A DNA stretch of 63,435 nt, filler included, from Octopus bimaculoides (Eukaryota): NCBI RefSeq assembly GCF_001194135.2. It is 5 parts of 4 records of this genome, joined end to end, with 100 filler letters (N's around TTAATTAATTAA, not from the genome) between each part and the next. Parts side by side here need not be neighbours in the genome. Positions count along the whole stretch, not along the records: positions 1 to 17,176 come from NC_068997.1; 4 more parts are not named here. One strand, written 5' to 3'. A model generated the notes under the pieces. That model was not told the DNA's origin, made no database searches, and saw nothing but the letters and a program-made list of their open reading frames with translations. Below, piece by piece: positions 1 to 11,439 of the stretch (its first letter is position 1; each line of letters opens with the position of its first letter). A program made the position numbers and the translations under genes.

Positions 1-349
1 GTGGAAATTAAATAGGGTGTAAAAGGAGTGGGGGAGGGTAGATCAAAGATATTTCTAGAGTTTAGTGCATATTCTTTGCTGCATAGTTGAAACAAAGAAT
101 AACAACCACCAATGAGGGAAAGTAAACTAGACACTAGTGGCTATACTACTACCCACCACTGACCCTTGCTTCTAACCATTGTAACAATCCTCCACCCATC
201 ACCTGGGAGATGGGCCAATGAGGGAGCCTCAATATGGTTGTTTGACCTATTAGAAATAACAACCATTTGATTTTTGTATTTGGTTTGAAAGTTTCTTGAT
301 GTGAACTTGGGTTTTGAAACAGATTTTGTTGTTATCTTGAGAGTGTCAT

Positions 350-720
350 TCTTTCTTTCTTTCTTGTCTTTAACCCTCCAACGCGGAGTATAGGCCACTT
401 ATAATTGAATTCCATGTCGCATAATTTTTCGCTTCGGTACTTATACGCTGCCATGAATGTCCCCCTTTCTCTAGTTCCTTTTGTGTTGAGCTACGCCACG
501 AGTTCTTAGGCCTACCTCTCTTTTTATATCCATCCGGATTCCACTGTAAAGCACTTTTCGCTACATTTGGTGTGTCCTTTCTAATTGTGCTACCAATCCA
601 CTTCCACTTTTTCTTAAATATTTGCTCCCTAATCGAAACTTGATTTATTCTTTGCCATAGCTCCATATTGCTTATGTGTTTGGGCCATCTGATTTTAAGT
701 ATACTACGCAAGTGTCATTA
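350..720 (-). mobile_element. 5'-truncated RTE-clade LINE, 3' end
   Basis: ORF 370-711 has typical RTE C-terminal motifs (ILKIRWP..ISN.ELW, KWKWIG, ALQWNPDGYKKRGRPKNSW). It ends in GGCCTATACTCC..GGAG followed by an (AAAG)n tail. Confidence 0.85.
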
Positions 721-1209
721 TGCCAAAAATAAACATACACATTGGTTCTGTTTCACTTCTTTTACTATTACTAATCAATTATTTAATTAATCACTTGTCT
801 TAATCTATCAACTGATTTGTTGATTGGTTAAATGGTCAATTAGTTAACTAACAATAATAAAAGAAGTGGATAGAATCAGTGCGTGTGTTTATTATTGGCA
901 TAACGACTCTCCAAGAACAGGATACATTAGTTAATGTAGTTTTATATAACTTTGAAAAGGTGGGATCATCACAGCTGAAATGGTTCACTCACTCAATGGC
1001 ATTCAAGCTGTAATCAGTCTGAAGATAACACTGATCAGGAAGAAGCCTGTGCTCAATATAACAGTTAAATCTCTCTCAAAATCACACTCTATTGAAGGCA
1101 GTAGTCCAGTATGGCCTTGGTTGTAATTGCTAAGATATTATTAAAGAACTGGCTTTCTTAAAAAAAAAATGGCACTTTTATAAAAAAAACGAAAAAAAAA
1201 AAAACTAAT

Positions 1210-1480
1210 TACTCATGGCTGGAAGGTCTTTGGTTGTGGGTGTGTTAGATCAGAGCTGACCTAGGGCTAAACAGCAACACTAGGGTGTATCACTACATGG
1301 TCACTCGATATGCTAGAAATAACAGTTAAATGTAACCCTACAGTTTAAAAGAAAAAGATAGGAATGTGGGTAAAGTAATCTCAGATACATTACATCTAAA
1401 AAAAATGAATGCATGATCAATCACAACTGGAATGCCTTTGATCACAGATCTGCCATGTCATGGTTAACCTGGGACTAAGC
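1210..1480 (+). repeat. Fragments of an abundant unclassified dispersed repeat (GCTAGAAATAGCAG...GATCAGAGCTGACCT.GGGCTAAAC)
   Basis: The same motifs recur at about 5765-5935, 8480-8810, 22070-22150 and 57550-57720, and inverted at about 4230-4270, 4720-4780, 17120-17150, 19320-19400 and 21410-21440. Confidence 0.6.
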
Positions 1481-1693
1481 AACGAAACTGTGACCAGCTG
1501 TGGTATTACTACTTACCAACACAATCACCATCAACTCTTATTATTATCATCACCCTCTCCTTGCCAAATAATCACCACTACTACTACTAACTGCAATTAA
1601 ACCCACCTGTGATTGCTTCCAAATTACTATCAACAAGATACAGACTTACTAAAACATTCCTTTAGCTGCTACACACACACACACACACATGCA

Positions 1694-2010
1694 TACATCA
1701 TCATTTTAACATCCACTTTTCCATGCTTGCATGGGTCAGACAGAATTCGGATACCTTTCCTTGTTGCCAACCTTCATTTGCTCCAGGTATTACCACACAT
1801 CTAGACAGGTTTTTGTAGAATATAGAAAAAGATGTCAAGACAAATAAGCACACACACACACACATCATCATCATTTTAATGTCCACTTTTCCACGCTCAC
1901 ATGGCTTGGACAGAATTTTGCTGAGGTGGCTTTTTTGCAGCCAGATTCCTTTCCTGCCGCCAACCCTCAGCTGTTTCCAGGCAAATTAATATTCCCCCAA
2001 TGACCAGACA
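1694..2010 (-). mobile_element. Two tandem fragments of a (GAT)n-tailed short retroelement
   Basis: CATCAT..TTTTAA(C/T)(A/G)TCCACTTTTCCA(T/C)GCT at 1694 and 1863. Related copies lie at 4450-4600, 10215-10530 (+) and 11645-11805. Confidence 0.65.
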
Positions 2011-2074
2011 CCAAGCAATGTCAAGGCAAGGAGACAGTAACGCACAGGTGCATGCACACACACAGACACACACA

Positions 2075-2222
2075 CACAGTTTCTGTCTACCAAATCAATT
2101 CACAAGGCTTTGGTTGTGTCACAGTTAAAGTAGAAGACACTTGCTCAAGGTGCCATGCATGGGACTGAACCGAGGACCATATGGTTGAGAAGCAAACTTC
2201 TTAACCATACAGTCATATCTGT
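2075..2222 (-). mobile_element. tRNA-derived SINE family A, head fragment
   Basis: Reverse complement matches the head of the full-length copy at 19601 (GGTTAAGAAG..GGTTCAGTCCC..GGCACCTTGAGCAAGTGTCTTCTACT). Confidence 0.75.
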
Positions 2223-2289
2223 GACTAAAGTATATAGCCACATACATAGACACTCACATAAGCACAAATATATATATATATATCTTATA

Positions 2290-2321
<32 letters not shown>

Positions 2322-2324
2322 AGT

Positions 2325-2675
2325 GAAGGCGCATAACTCAGTGGTTAGAGCATCAAGCTTACGATTGCGAGGTTGTGAGTTCGATTTCCAGACTGGCCTG
2401 TGTGTTGTGTTCTTGAGCAAGACACTTCATTTCACGTTGCTCCAGTTCACTCAGCTGTAGAAATGAGTTGTGGTGCCAAGCTGTATCAGCCTTTGCCTTT
2501 CCCTTGGATAACATCAGTGGCGTGGAGAGGGGAGGCTAGTATGCATGGGCAACTGCTGGTCTTCCATAAAAACAACCCTAGGTTGTGCGTTCGCTGATGA
2601 GGTGACTTTCCACCTAGACTTGTACCCAAGAGGGGAACCTCTTAGGTGCACCCATGGTCATTCGTGACCAATGGA
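2325..2675 (+). mobile_element. tRNA-derived SINE family C
   Basis: A-box-like CTCAGTGGTTAGAGC and B-box-like GAGTTCGATTTCC, then CTTGAGCAAGACACTT and CAGTTCACTCAGCTGTAGAAATGAG. An inverted copy lies at 40675-41000. Confidence 0.8.
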
Positions 2676-3579
2676 GTTGAGTTAATACATATTACATTCA
2701 TGGCAGAAGGTGATAAATATCAAAATATTTTATCACAACTGTTGAGAAAACTAGTGTTTATCCCAATACATACCTTATCACCTTATAGAGCTATAATTCA
2801 AATAATAACTACATGCTCCACCACAGTCCCATAATTACCATATCATCTGATATCAAATAATATCTGCTTTTACCACTTCCTCATTTAATATTCTGACTGG
2901 AAGGAAAGAGGCTCTAAGCATGAATTTTTGTTTGAAAATTGCATGGCAGTATAAGCTGCAGATAAATCACTCAGTTTCTGTCAATCCAATTTCATTTGCA
3001 AAGCTTGGGCTGGCCAGAGGTTATGGTAAAAGAACCTTGCTCAAAATGTTACACAGTAAAATTGAACCCAAGTCCTTATGATTATCAGAAAAACTTCTTA
3101 GCTATCCTCTCACACTCTCTCTCACACACACAGTGTTATGTCTGTGTTTACCTCAGCCATTCCACTCCTATTTCACAGTTTGGATGGTTAAGTAGTTAAT
3201 GGTAGGAAGTGCAATCATCTGTAAAAAGGTTTTTTTTTTTTTGTAGGTAAAAAAATCCTATGGAAACTAGCCTAGAAAAATAGCTATAAACCTATCCCCT
3301 AGCAAAATACATACACATGTTTGCACGCACGCACACACACACACACACACACACACCCCTATATTCACTCGCTCAGACATATATCTATCTTCCACATTTC
3401 TCCTATGTCCACTCCTGCTTTTCTATGACAAGCCAAGGAACTATCATTTGCTGTGAAGTTTGTTTCCTTTTTTTTTTTTCAGAGGTGAGGGTTTAGTTTA
3501 CAATTACAAACACATATACACACACACACTAAAGGGTTTAGTTTACAGTTATAATATATAAGAGAGGTTTAGTTTACAG

Positions 3580-3657
3580 TTATAAACATATCTAAGAATA
3601 ATGTTAAGACAATAATGATGTCACATCAAAGAGACAATTCAATGCTTAATCTTTTTT
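3580..3657 (+). CDS. Candidate coding exon 1 of an unidentified host gene (xINISKNNVKTIMMSHQRDNSMLNLF)
   Basis: Acceptor tttacag, donor T|gtaagt, 78 nt, phase 1 to 1, open frame. Joins the next candidate exon in frame. Confidence 0.5.
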
Positions 3658-5339
3658 GTAAGTCAACTGTTTTTTAGTGTCTCTGTCACTTGGGAAATTA
3701 AAGAACATCTAGGGAGTTTGTGTCTCTTAAATTAAGAAATTAAGTACAATAGGGGCATCCAATGAAAATAAGAGAGCAAAACTGTTTTTAACTCTCTTTT
3801 CCTTCTTTCATCTAGTTTTATTTGTTTCTTCATGGAGGGAATAAATTTCCATACAACCCACCCTAACTGCTTATATTCTTACCCTGTGTCCTATATCCTG
3901 TGTACCCTGATCAGACTTTAGATGCTTTCTTTTCTTGTTTATTCCAATTGTCTTCAGTGATAAATGTGAAATATCAGAGCGAGTCCCGGAAAAACAAAGT
4001 CCTCCTTATTTATAACAAGTTAAATGGGACATCTATGACCTTCCAGTTCAATTGGAAAGAGAAGGAGGGAGAAGAAGGAACGAGAGAGTGAGATATAAGG
4101 GGAAGGAGTCCTTTATTTCCTATTCAGTCTAAGAGTTCAATGTTTTCTCTTACAGCTACAGTCTATTTTATAAGCCAGATGCTTTCACCCCATGGAATAA
4201 TATTTTGGAATTTTTGTTTTTTGTTTACTCGTTTTAAGTCAGCCCTGATCAAGCAGATTTATGGTCAAAGGTACTTCAGAAAATAATATACCTAGGACTA
4301 TAATATTAACTGCTTCCTACCAGTTTTAATAGCATGTCATTTGACTGCTAATTTTAGCAGATCAAGTTACTCCATAATGAGGATTTGCTGTTGTTGTTGT
4401 TTAACCCCAGGTCACCCATGATTATTCCATTTAAGTCAATGTTACTAGTTACATCATCATCCTCATCATTTGACATCAACTTTTTGATGCTTGCATGGGT
4501 CAGACAAAATTTGTTAAGGGCAGATTTTATACAACCAGATGCTCTCCCTGTTGCCAATGCTCACCTGTTTCCAAGCAAGGTAATATTTTTTTCCATGGCT
4601 AGACATATTTTCTAAAGAAAACTGGAAGCAATTATCACTTGTATGATGCTGATGTTTATTTACAACCATCAACGGTCAAATTATCAAATATTTCTTTCCA
4701 ATTTTAAAATAAGGAATGAGTTGAGGGATATCTGACTATTATTTCAAGCAGGTTGATCAACTATATAGAGGATCACTTGTTGGTTCAACATGGGCAAAAT
4801 ATATAAGCTACATTAGTATCTACCCAAAATTTTTATTAGAGTTTATATTACAAATGAAGAACAAGAGAGTTCTAACAGGCCATTTCTTAGTTCACTACAT
4901 TTTAGAAGGTAAGAAATGACAAGGGAGTGTCCGTAACTTGGTGTAGAACAAATCTCATAAGTGATTTCATTTGAAGAGCACCTGTTGCTTTTCATTTTTT
5001 TTACTTGATGTTTATATCCTTTGCTAATAGGTAACACATACACATGCAAACACACACAGACACACGGTCTCTGCACACCTTCTGTCTACAAAATTCTACT
5101 GACAAGGCATAGACCAACCTAAGGCTATAGCAGAAGATAACAATTGCCCAAAGTAACATGCTGTAGGATCGAGCTCAGAGCACATGGTTGTGAAGTGGGC
5201 TTCATAACCAAGACACTCATGCTAGTGCAATAACCCTTCTCCACTTAGCCTATCAAGAGAAATTACCAGCACTTACTCTAATATTACTGAACCAAAGCTT
5301 AGCGCAGAAAAACGTGAATTGGTTTTATTTTACAACCAG

Positions 5340-5371
5340 GTGTATCCATTAATGGAAAAATGACCATGTGG
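5340..5371 (+). CDS. Candidate coding exon 2 (CVSINGKMTMW)
   Basis: Acceptor ttttattttacaaccag, donor TGG|gtaagc, 32 nt, phase 1 to 0. Confidence 0.55.
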
Positions 5372-5589
5372 GTAAGCAGCTTGGCATGTTACTATGGAAA
5401 CATGCACCCATATATCTGTGGCATTTGATTGGCTAAAATTAACCAAAATTTGCAAACTTGTTACCTCTCAAGCTGTTATTTATTGAGAGGCAACAGCTAT
5501 CAATAAATAAAGAGCTGTTACCTTTTTATTTATTGATTTATGGTGAAAACAAATTACATGTCAATGATTACCAAACAAAACTACACCAA

Positions 5590-5761
5590 TACGCCAAATA
5601 TGAAATCAGTTGAAACAAAAATTGAAGAAACTGAAAAGTGGCAGCAAAACAGAAAAGATCTGATCTGTATTTTTTAAATGCTGCAAAGGCTATGAGGGTC
5701 CATCTGAGTAAAAAAGGTATCAGAGGGGTCCACAGGTAAATAAAATGGTTGGGAACCACTG
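5590..5761. mobile_element. hAT (Charlie-like) terminal fragment
   Basis: Ends GGTTGGGAACCACTG, the reverse complement of a CAGTGGTTCCCAACC-type TIR. Followed by TTCTACAT, which resembles the NTCTANAN Charlie target. Confidence 0.55.
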
Positions 5762-7082
5762 TTCTACATGGTTGCTCAACCTGCTAAAAAAAAAATAGGG
5801 GAATCTATTTTTAAATTACACCCTACCATCTTAACAAGAAAGGACACATTGGATTGTGGTGTTTGAGATATGGGTGGAATACCTTTCATCAAAATGTCAG
5901 CCATCTCAGAAGTAATGGTAGGGTTGGGCTAAACAATCACAATAAAGAATAATATTTACTTAAACCAATAGCTTCAATTGCTTGACCATTAGTGATTAGA
6001 GGAACATACTGACAATTACTTAGTTGGTGGTCAATGGTTTATACTGATAATTGCTTAAATGGTGAAGGTTAGAGGTTACAACAGTTTGGTCATTAATCAT
6101 AGTCAGCTGCTTGACCATTACTGGTCAAAGGTAACATACTGACAATTACCAATGAAAGTGTAGGGTTTCTTTTTTGTTTTGATTTTAGTGTCTTAGACTA
6201 TTTTCTACAATATCCTTCTTTTCAAGATGGTAGCAAATGATTTGAGGAAGGACTGACTACAATTTTCAGTAGGTTGAGTGACCACCAAGAAGGTTCTTTC
6301 ACCAACTCAATGATTATATATATACATACAAGCAGTGTTTGCATATGCATATTTGTTAGAGGCTATATTTACACACATACACACACGTGTGTGTCTGTAT
6401 CTAAATATTGTGTGTTTTATGTATTAAGCTTGTCTATATTTACATTGTATAATCTATATACATACATACATACATATATATATNNNNNNNNNNNNNNNNN
6501 NNNNNNNNNNNNNNNNNNNNNNNNNNNNNNNNNNNNNNNNNNNNNNNNNNNNNNNNNNNNNNNNNNNNNNNNNNNNNNNNNNNNNNNNNNNNNNNNNNNN
6601 NNNNNNNNNNNNNNNNNNNNNNNNNNNNNNNNNNNNNNNNNNNNNNNNNNNNNNNNNNNNNNNNNNNNNNNNNNNNNNNNNNNNNNNNNNNNNNNNNNNN
6701 NNNNNNNNNNNNNNNNNNNNNNNNNNNNNNNNNNNNNNNNNNNNNNNNNNNNNNNNNNNNNNNNNNNNNNNNNNNNNNNNNNNNNNNNNNNNNNNNNNNN
6801 NNNNNNNNNNNNNNNNNNNNNNNNNNNNNNNNNNNNNNNNNNNNNNNNNNNNNNNNNNNNNNNNNNNNNNNNNNNNNNNNNNNNNNNNNNNNNNNNNNNN
6901 NNNNNNNNNNNNNNNNNNNNNNNNNNNNNNNNNNNNNNNNNNNNNNNNNNNNNNNNNNNNNNNNNNNNNNNNNNNNNNNNNNNNNNNNNNNNNNNNNNNN
7001 NNNNNNNNNNNNNNNNNNNNNNNNNNNNNNNNNNNNNNNNNNNNNNNNNNNNNNNNNNNNNNNNNNNNNNNNNNNNNNNNNN

Positions 7083-7133
<51 letters not shown>

Positions 7134-7321
7134 TGTATGTATATGTGTTTATGTGTGTGCATATATTTAGACATATAAGTATATATCTTAGAATGAAAAA
7201 CCACTATATAGTGTATGCCCCCATATAAAAATGCACATATATATTACACACATACACATACATAATACATATACACATGCATAAATGTGTACATATGTGC
7301 ATAAATAGTATATGTGCATGC

Positions 7322-7414
<93 letters not shown>

Positions 7415-7488
7415 GGTATACATATGCAAATATATATGTGTGTGTATATATGCATATATATATGCATACATATGTAAATATATGTGTA

Positions 7489-7536
<48 letters not shown>

Positions 7537-7576
7537 TACATATGTAAATATATGCGTATATATGTGTGTGTGTGTG

Positions 7577-7614
<38 letters not shown>

Positions 7615-7710
7615 TACATATGTAAATATGTGTGTATATATATGTATGCATATATATATGCACGTGTGTGTATGTGTATATAAATATGTGTGTGTATACA
7701 TATGTATGTA

Positions 7711-7805
<95 letters not shown>

Positions 7806-7864
7806 GTATATATATGTATATATATGTATATATATATATAAATGTATATATATGTATATATATG

Positions 7865-7900
<36 letters not shown>

Positions 7901-7925
7901 CATATATATAAATATGTATATACAT
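7083..7925. repeat. Compound (TA)n/(TG)n microsatellite field
   Basis: About 840 bp of interleaved TA/TG/CA repeats next to an N gap. It generates all the YI/VC/HT-rich pseudo-ORFs here. Confidence 0.95.
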
Positions 7926-7927
7926 AA

Positions 7928-8212
7928 ACATGGAAAAACTACAAGTAGTTGATAGCTTCCGTTACCCAGGTGACCAAGTCAGTAGTGGGGGTTGCTCTGA
8001 GAGCGTAGCTGCTAGATTAAGAGCTCTTACCAATGTTGGTGACAAAGGGCCTCTTGCTCAGAGTAAAAGGTAGACTGCATGACGCATGTGTGCAAACAGC
8101 CATGCTACATGGCAGTGAAACATGGGCCATGACTGCTGAGGACATGCATAAGCTTGCAAGGAATGATGCTAGTATGCTCCGCTGGATGTGTAATGTCAGT
8201 GTGTTGAGGGGG
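7928..8212 (+). mobile_element. RTE-clade LINE internal fragment (RT C-terminal region)
   Basis: Translates to [10 protein letters not shown]...VKGRLHDACVQTAMLHGSETW...RNDASMLRWMCNV, matching the RTE motifs F.YLG, YGSETW and MLRW. Confidence 0.85.
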
Positions 8213-9001
8213 ATTCTTTGAGGTTTGAATATATGAAAGAAAAGCAAAGTTTGAAGGAAATAATAGCCATTTTTCACACTTTCTAGAAGGTAAGTGGGTA
8301 AGCAAGTAAGAAATAAGAGCTGCTACCCAAGGATTAAAATCGTGTTACACAGAATCAATAATACAAGTAATTAAGTAATTACTTTAAAGTATTACTATTC
8401 ATTGGTAGTTTCATTGTAGATTCAGTCCACTTGTTTACTTAATCAGAGATTAAAATTAGATTTGAAATCGATTAACATGCCTCTCCTATCTGACTGGCTA
8501 AAAATAACAGCCAAACCTTACTCAAAAGACACTCTATCTTCTTGAAAAAAAAGAATTAGAGGAGGCATTGGATACACTACATAGGTAAAATTAAATACAA
8601 GACCAAATGGTCACAGCATGTATACCTTTGATCATAAATTTGGTCAATCAGAGCTGAGCTAGAGGTAAACAATACCAACTAGGTGTTAAACAAGCGAACA
8701 AGAGAGCCTTTGTGGTCACTCAGTTTGTTAGAAATAGCAACCAATATGTGCTTGGAAAAAAAGGGATAGGACGGTCTCAGTCAAGGCTGGCCTTCGGCTA
8801 AAAGACAACCACAACTAGTTATCAATCTCAGCTCCTTCAGAGCTGCCTACCAACCACAACTTGAAGATGTTTGTCACTCAGTTTTTCCAATATTGACAAC
8901 CCATACAATGGCTTAAATCCTCCACCTGCCTAATAATCAAACGAAATGTAGTTTTTGTTTTCTTTTTCTTTCTTTCTTTTTTTTTTTTGTACATCATTCA
9001 G

Positions 9002-9096
9002 AAGTACATATGTACCGGGGAGGGAAATGAATTTCCTTTCAAATAAACTTCCTTTGCTTCTTCAAAAAGTGTCTAAAAAATCAGAACAATACATGA
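9002..9096 (+). CDS. Candidate coding exon 3 (KYICTGREMNFLSNKLPLLLQKVSKKSEQYM)
   Basis: Long polypyrimidine tract then cattcag, donor AA|gtagga, 95 nt, phase 0 to 2. Only this frame is open to the donor. Confidence 0.6.
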
Positions 9097-9262
9097 AGTA
9101 GGAGACAGCTAAGATTTGCCTAAAGGTATTTCTTTGTATAAAGTTAACTGGTTTAATGGGGTGTTACACTCTTCAATTAGAATGTTAGTTTGAAATTTAT
9201 CCCCACAAAAAAAAAGAAACTGTTTAAAAATAGGGCTGTTTTCGATTTTCCCTTCAACATAG

Positions 9263-9323
9263 TTTCAAGATAACACTAAAAGCACTGAGTATTTCTCTGA
9301 GTCACCATAGTACCATTCAATCA
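9263..9323 (+). CDS. Candidate coding exon 4 (NFKITLKALSISLSHHSTIQS)
   Basis: Acceptor ttttcccttcaacatag, donor CA|gtaagt, 61 nt. The only open frame is phase 2 to 0, as exon 3 requires. Confidence 0.65.
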
Positions 9324-9335
9324 GTAAGTTCACAT

Positions 9336-9933
9336 TCTGTTTCACTTGTTTAAGTCTTTGGATTGTGGCCATGCTGGGGAACTGCCTTAACCCTTTAGTG
9401 TTCAGATTAATCTGTTAAATGTAATAATTTTTCACTCAAATTGTTTTGAATTAATCATGCATTATCTTATAGCTTTGAGGTTTCAATGATGTGATTGTTT
9501 GTTTTTAGAATGACAATGTAGGTTAGGTGTGAGAGGCTAGATATTGCCAGTTTGAATATAAAACATGTAGAATATCTGGGCCAGATATGGCCGGTTTAAA
9601 CACTAAGGGGTTAAAGGGTTTTAGTCGAACAGCTCAACTCTGGTACTAATTTTTCAAGTCTGGTACTTGTTCTACTGGTGAATTTTCTGAAGGATGTAAA
9701 CAAACCAAAACCGGTTGCCAAATAGCAGGTTTGAGGAGGAGGTGCAAACATAGACACAAAAGAGACACACAAAGAAGTGTGTGTGTGTGAAGGGCGCCAC
9801 AGTTTCCGTCTACCAAATTCACTTAACTGGTTGGTCCAGCAGTATAGTAGATACACTTGCCCAAGAAGCAGCATGATGGAACTGAACCTGGAAGCATGTG
9901 GTTGCAAAGCGAGCTTCTTGACCACACAGCCAT
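9336..9933 (-). mobile_element. SINE family A, near full length, interrupted by a MITE
   Basis: Colinear with the reverse complement of 19601-20050 and split at TTAA by the 9391-9610 insertion. Confidence 0.8.
9391..9610. mobile_element. piggyBac-type MITE (220 bp)
   Basis: TTAA|CCCTTTAGTGTT...AACACTAAGGGG|TTAA: TTAA duplication, CCC/GGG termini, 12-bp TIR with one mismatch. Confidence 0.8.
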
Positions 9934-9978
9934 GCCACAACCAGTTCCACACCACAAGTTTTTTTTTATTCGCTCCAG

Positions 9979-10124
9979 CATAGCCTTGCTTATGAAATAT
10001 ATCCATCAAATGTTCAGAAGAGAACATGTTGGGAAAAGGGCTTATTTTTCAATTGGTTTCAAGTCATTCACTGGATTATTGTCATGCTGGAGCACCATCA
10101 TCAGTCAATACTCATCAGAATGGA
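9979..10124 (+). CDS. Candidate coding exon 5 (HSLAYEIYPSNVQKRTCWEKGLFFNWFQVIHWIIVMLEHHHQSILIRM)
   Basis: Acceptor tttttttattcgctccag, donor GA|gtaagg, 146 nt. Phase 0 is open and fits exon 4. A second frame (IALLMKYIHQMFRREHVGKRAYF...) is also open. Confidence 0.6.
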
Positions 10125-10214
10125 GTAAGGCAATTTACTATAATGTAGCTAATAATAAGTTCTCCGCTCCATTTGTGACTATATTTACAAGCTGACAACA
10201 CATAAGAAGTACCC

Positions 10215-10530
10215 ATGCTGGCATCATGTGAATGGCACTCATGCTGGCACCACATAAAGCGCACCTGTGCCAGCACCACGTATTAAAGCACCCATGTTAG
10301 TGCCATGTGCAAGTTTGCTGCTGCCCATGTACAAAGCACTCATGCTGGCGTCACATAAAAAGCACTCAGTACACTTTGTAAAATGGTTGGCATTAGTAAA
10401 GGCATCCAACTGTAGAAACTGTACCAACACAGACGACTGGAGCCTGGTGCAGCCCTTCAGCTTGCCAGTTCCTGTAAAACTGTCTAACCCATGCTAGCAT
10501 GGAAAAGGACATTAAATGATGATGATGATT
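10215..10530 (+). mobile_element. (GAT)n-tailed short retroelement
   Basis: Internal GCTGGCA(C/T)CA repeats, then GGCATCCAACTGTAGAAAC...CATGCTAGCATGGAAAAGGACATTAAATGATGATGATGA. Confidence 0.7.
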
Positions 10531-10574
10531 TCTAATGAATAAGACTATATTGTGTTGTTCCTCTTCAATAAATG

Positions 10575-11075
10575 TGCCAGCATGGCCATTTGGTTAAGAA
10601 GCTTGCTTCCCAGCCATATGGTCTAGGGTTCAGTCTCACTGTGCTGTACCTTGTGCAAGTGTCTTCTACTATAGACCCAGTCCAGCCACACCTTTTGGAG
10701 TGTGGATTTGGTGAACACAAACTGAAGCCCCTTCATATGTGCATATGCATGTGTGTATACCCTTGTCTTGACAATATATAATGGTTGTAAACCATCATGT
10801 TGTCTGTTTGCAGTCTTCTGTGAAAAATATATCTGGCCAAGGGAACTAGCCATGCTGAACCACTAAGTTACTGGGTCATAAATATATCAACACCAGTTGT
10901 CAAGCAGTGATGAGGAACAAATACATGATACAAAGACACACACACACAAAGGACTTCTTTCAGTTTCTGTCTACCAAAATTGGTTGGCCTGAAGCTACAG
11001 GAGAAAACACTTGTTCAAGGTGCCATGCAATGGGACTGAACTTGGATGCAAAATACTTACCACACAACCCTCCCT
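10575..11075. mobile_element. Two adjacent SINE family A copies in opposite orientation (about 10575-10830 +, 10870-11075 -)
   Basis: Both match the 19601 copy: GGTTAAGAAGCTTGCTTCCC head on +, and TTTCTGTCTACCAAA..ACACTTGTTCAAGGTGCC..GGGACTGAAC on the inverted copy. Confidence 0.7.
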
Positions 11076-11439
11076 ACACCAGCTTTATAATATACATTAA
11101 ATTTTACATATCAAAATACATTATGGCAATGTTGCCCAAACTGAAATTTAATTTCATATTGTCATTCATGTTGTAATGAGATTTTGATTGCAATTTTAAT
11201 TTAAGTTTGAGTACTTATATACAAGCCTTCTCTGGCAGTTTGGTATTAAAAGTGTTAAGAATATTTCTGAGTTCACTTAAATTCATGGCATTTTTACAGC
11301 TAACAAATGAGAAATGTGGAAACATTAGTTGTACATTGACATAGATCCTTATCTACCAGTTTTCTCAACTCCAAAAATTCATATTCATTTTATTAGGTTA
11401 TATTTGACTTTATAATGGCAGGTCAAGTTTTTTTTCTTC

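Noticed and set aside
2594-2619. CTGATGA followed by a GGTG/CACC stem (hammerhead-like)
   Set aside because: No GAAA box after the stem, and the other family C copy lacks CTGATGA.
6274-7931. Long ORFs rich in YI/VC/HT dipeptides or X (also at 17.6-18.4, 25.6-27.0, 28.2-28.5, 29.7, 41, 46 and 48.1 kb)
   Set aside because: They are translations of dinucleotide microsatellites and N gaps.
4900-8300. Two apparent 3-nt AAG microexons (tag|AAG|gtaag near 4905 and 8287)
   Set aside because: Similar degenerate-repeat-like context at both sites and no independent support.
8846-9071. Minus-strand exon-like segments (TLFEEAKEVYLKGNSFPS and GGFKPLYGLSILEKLSDKHLQVV)
   Set aside because: Phases clash at the best donor, the putative intron is A-rich, and the + strand reading has much stronger splice signals.
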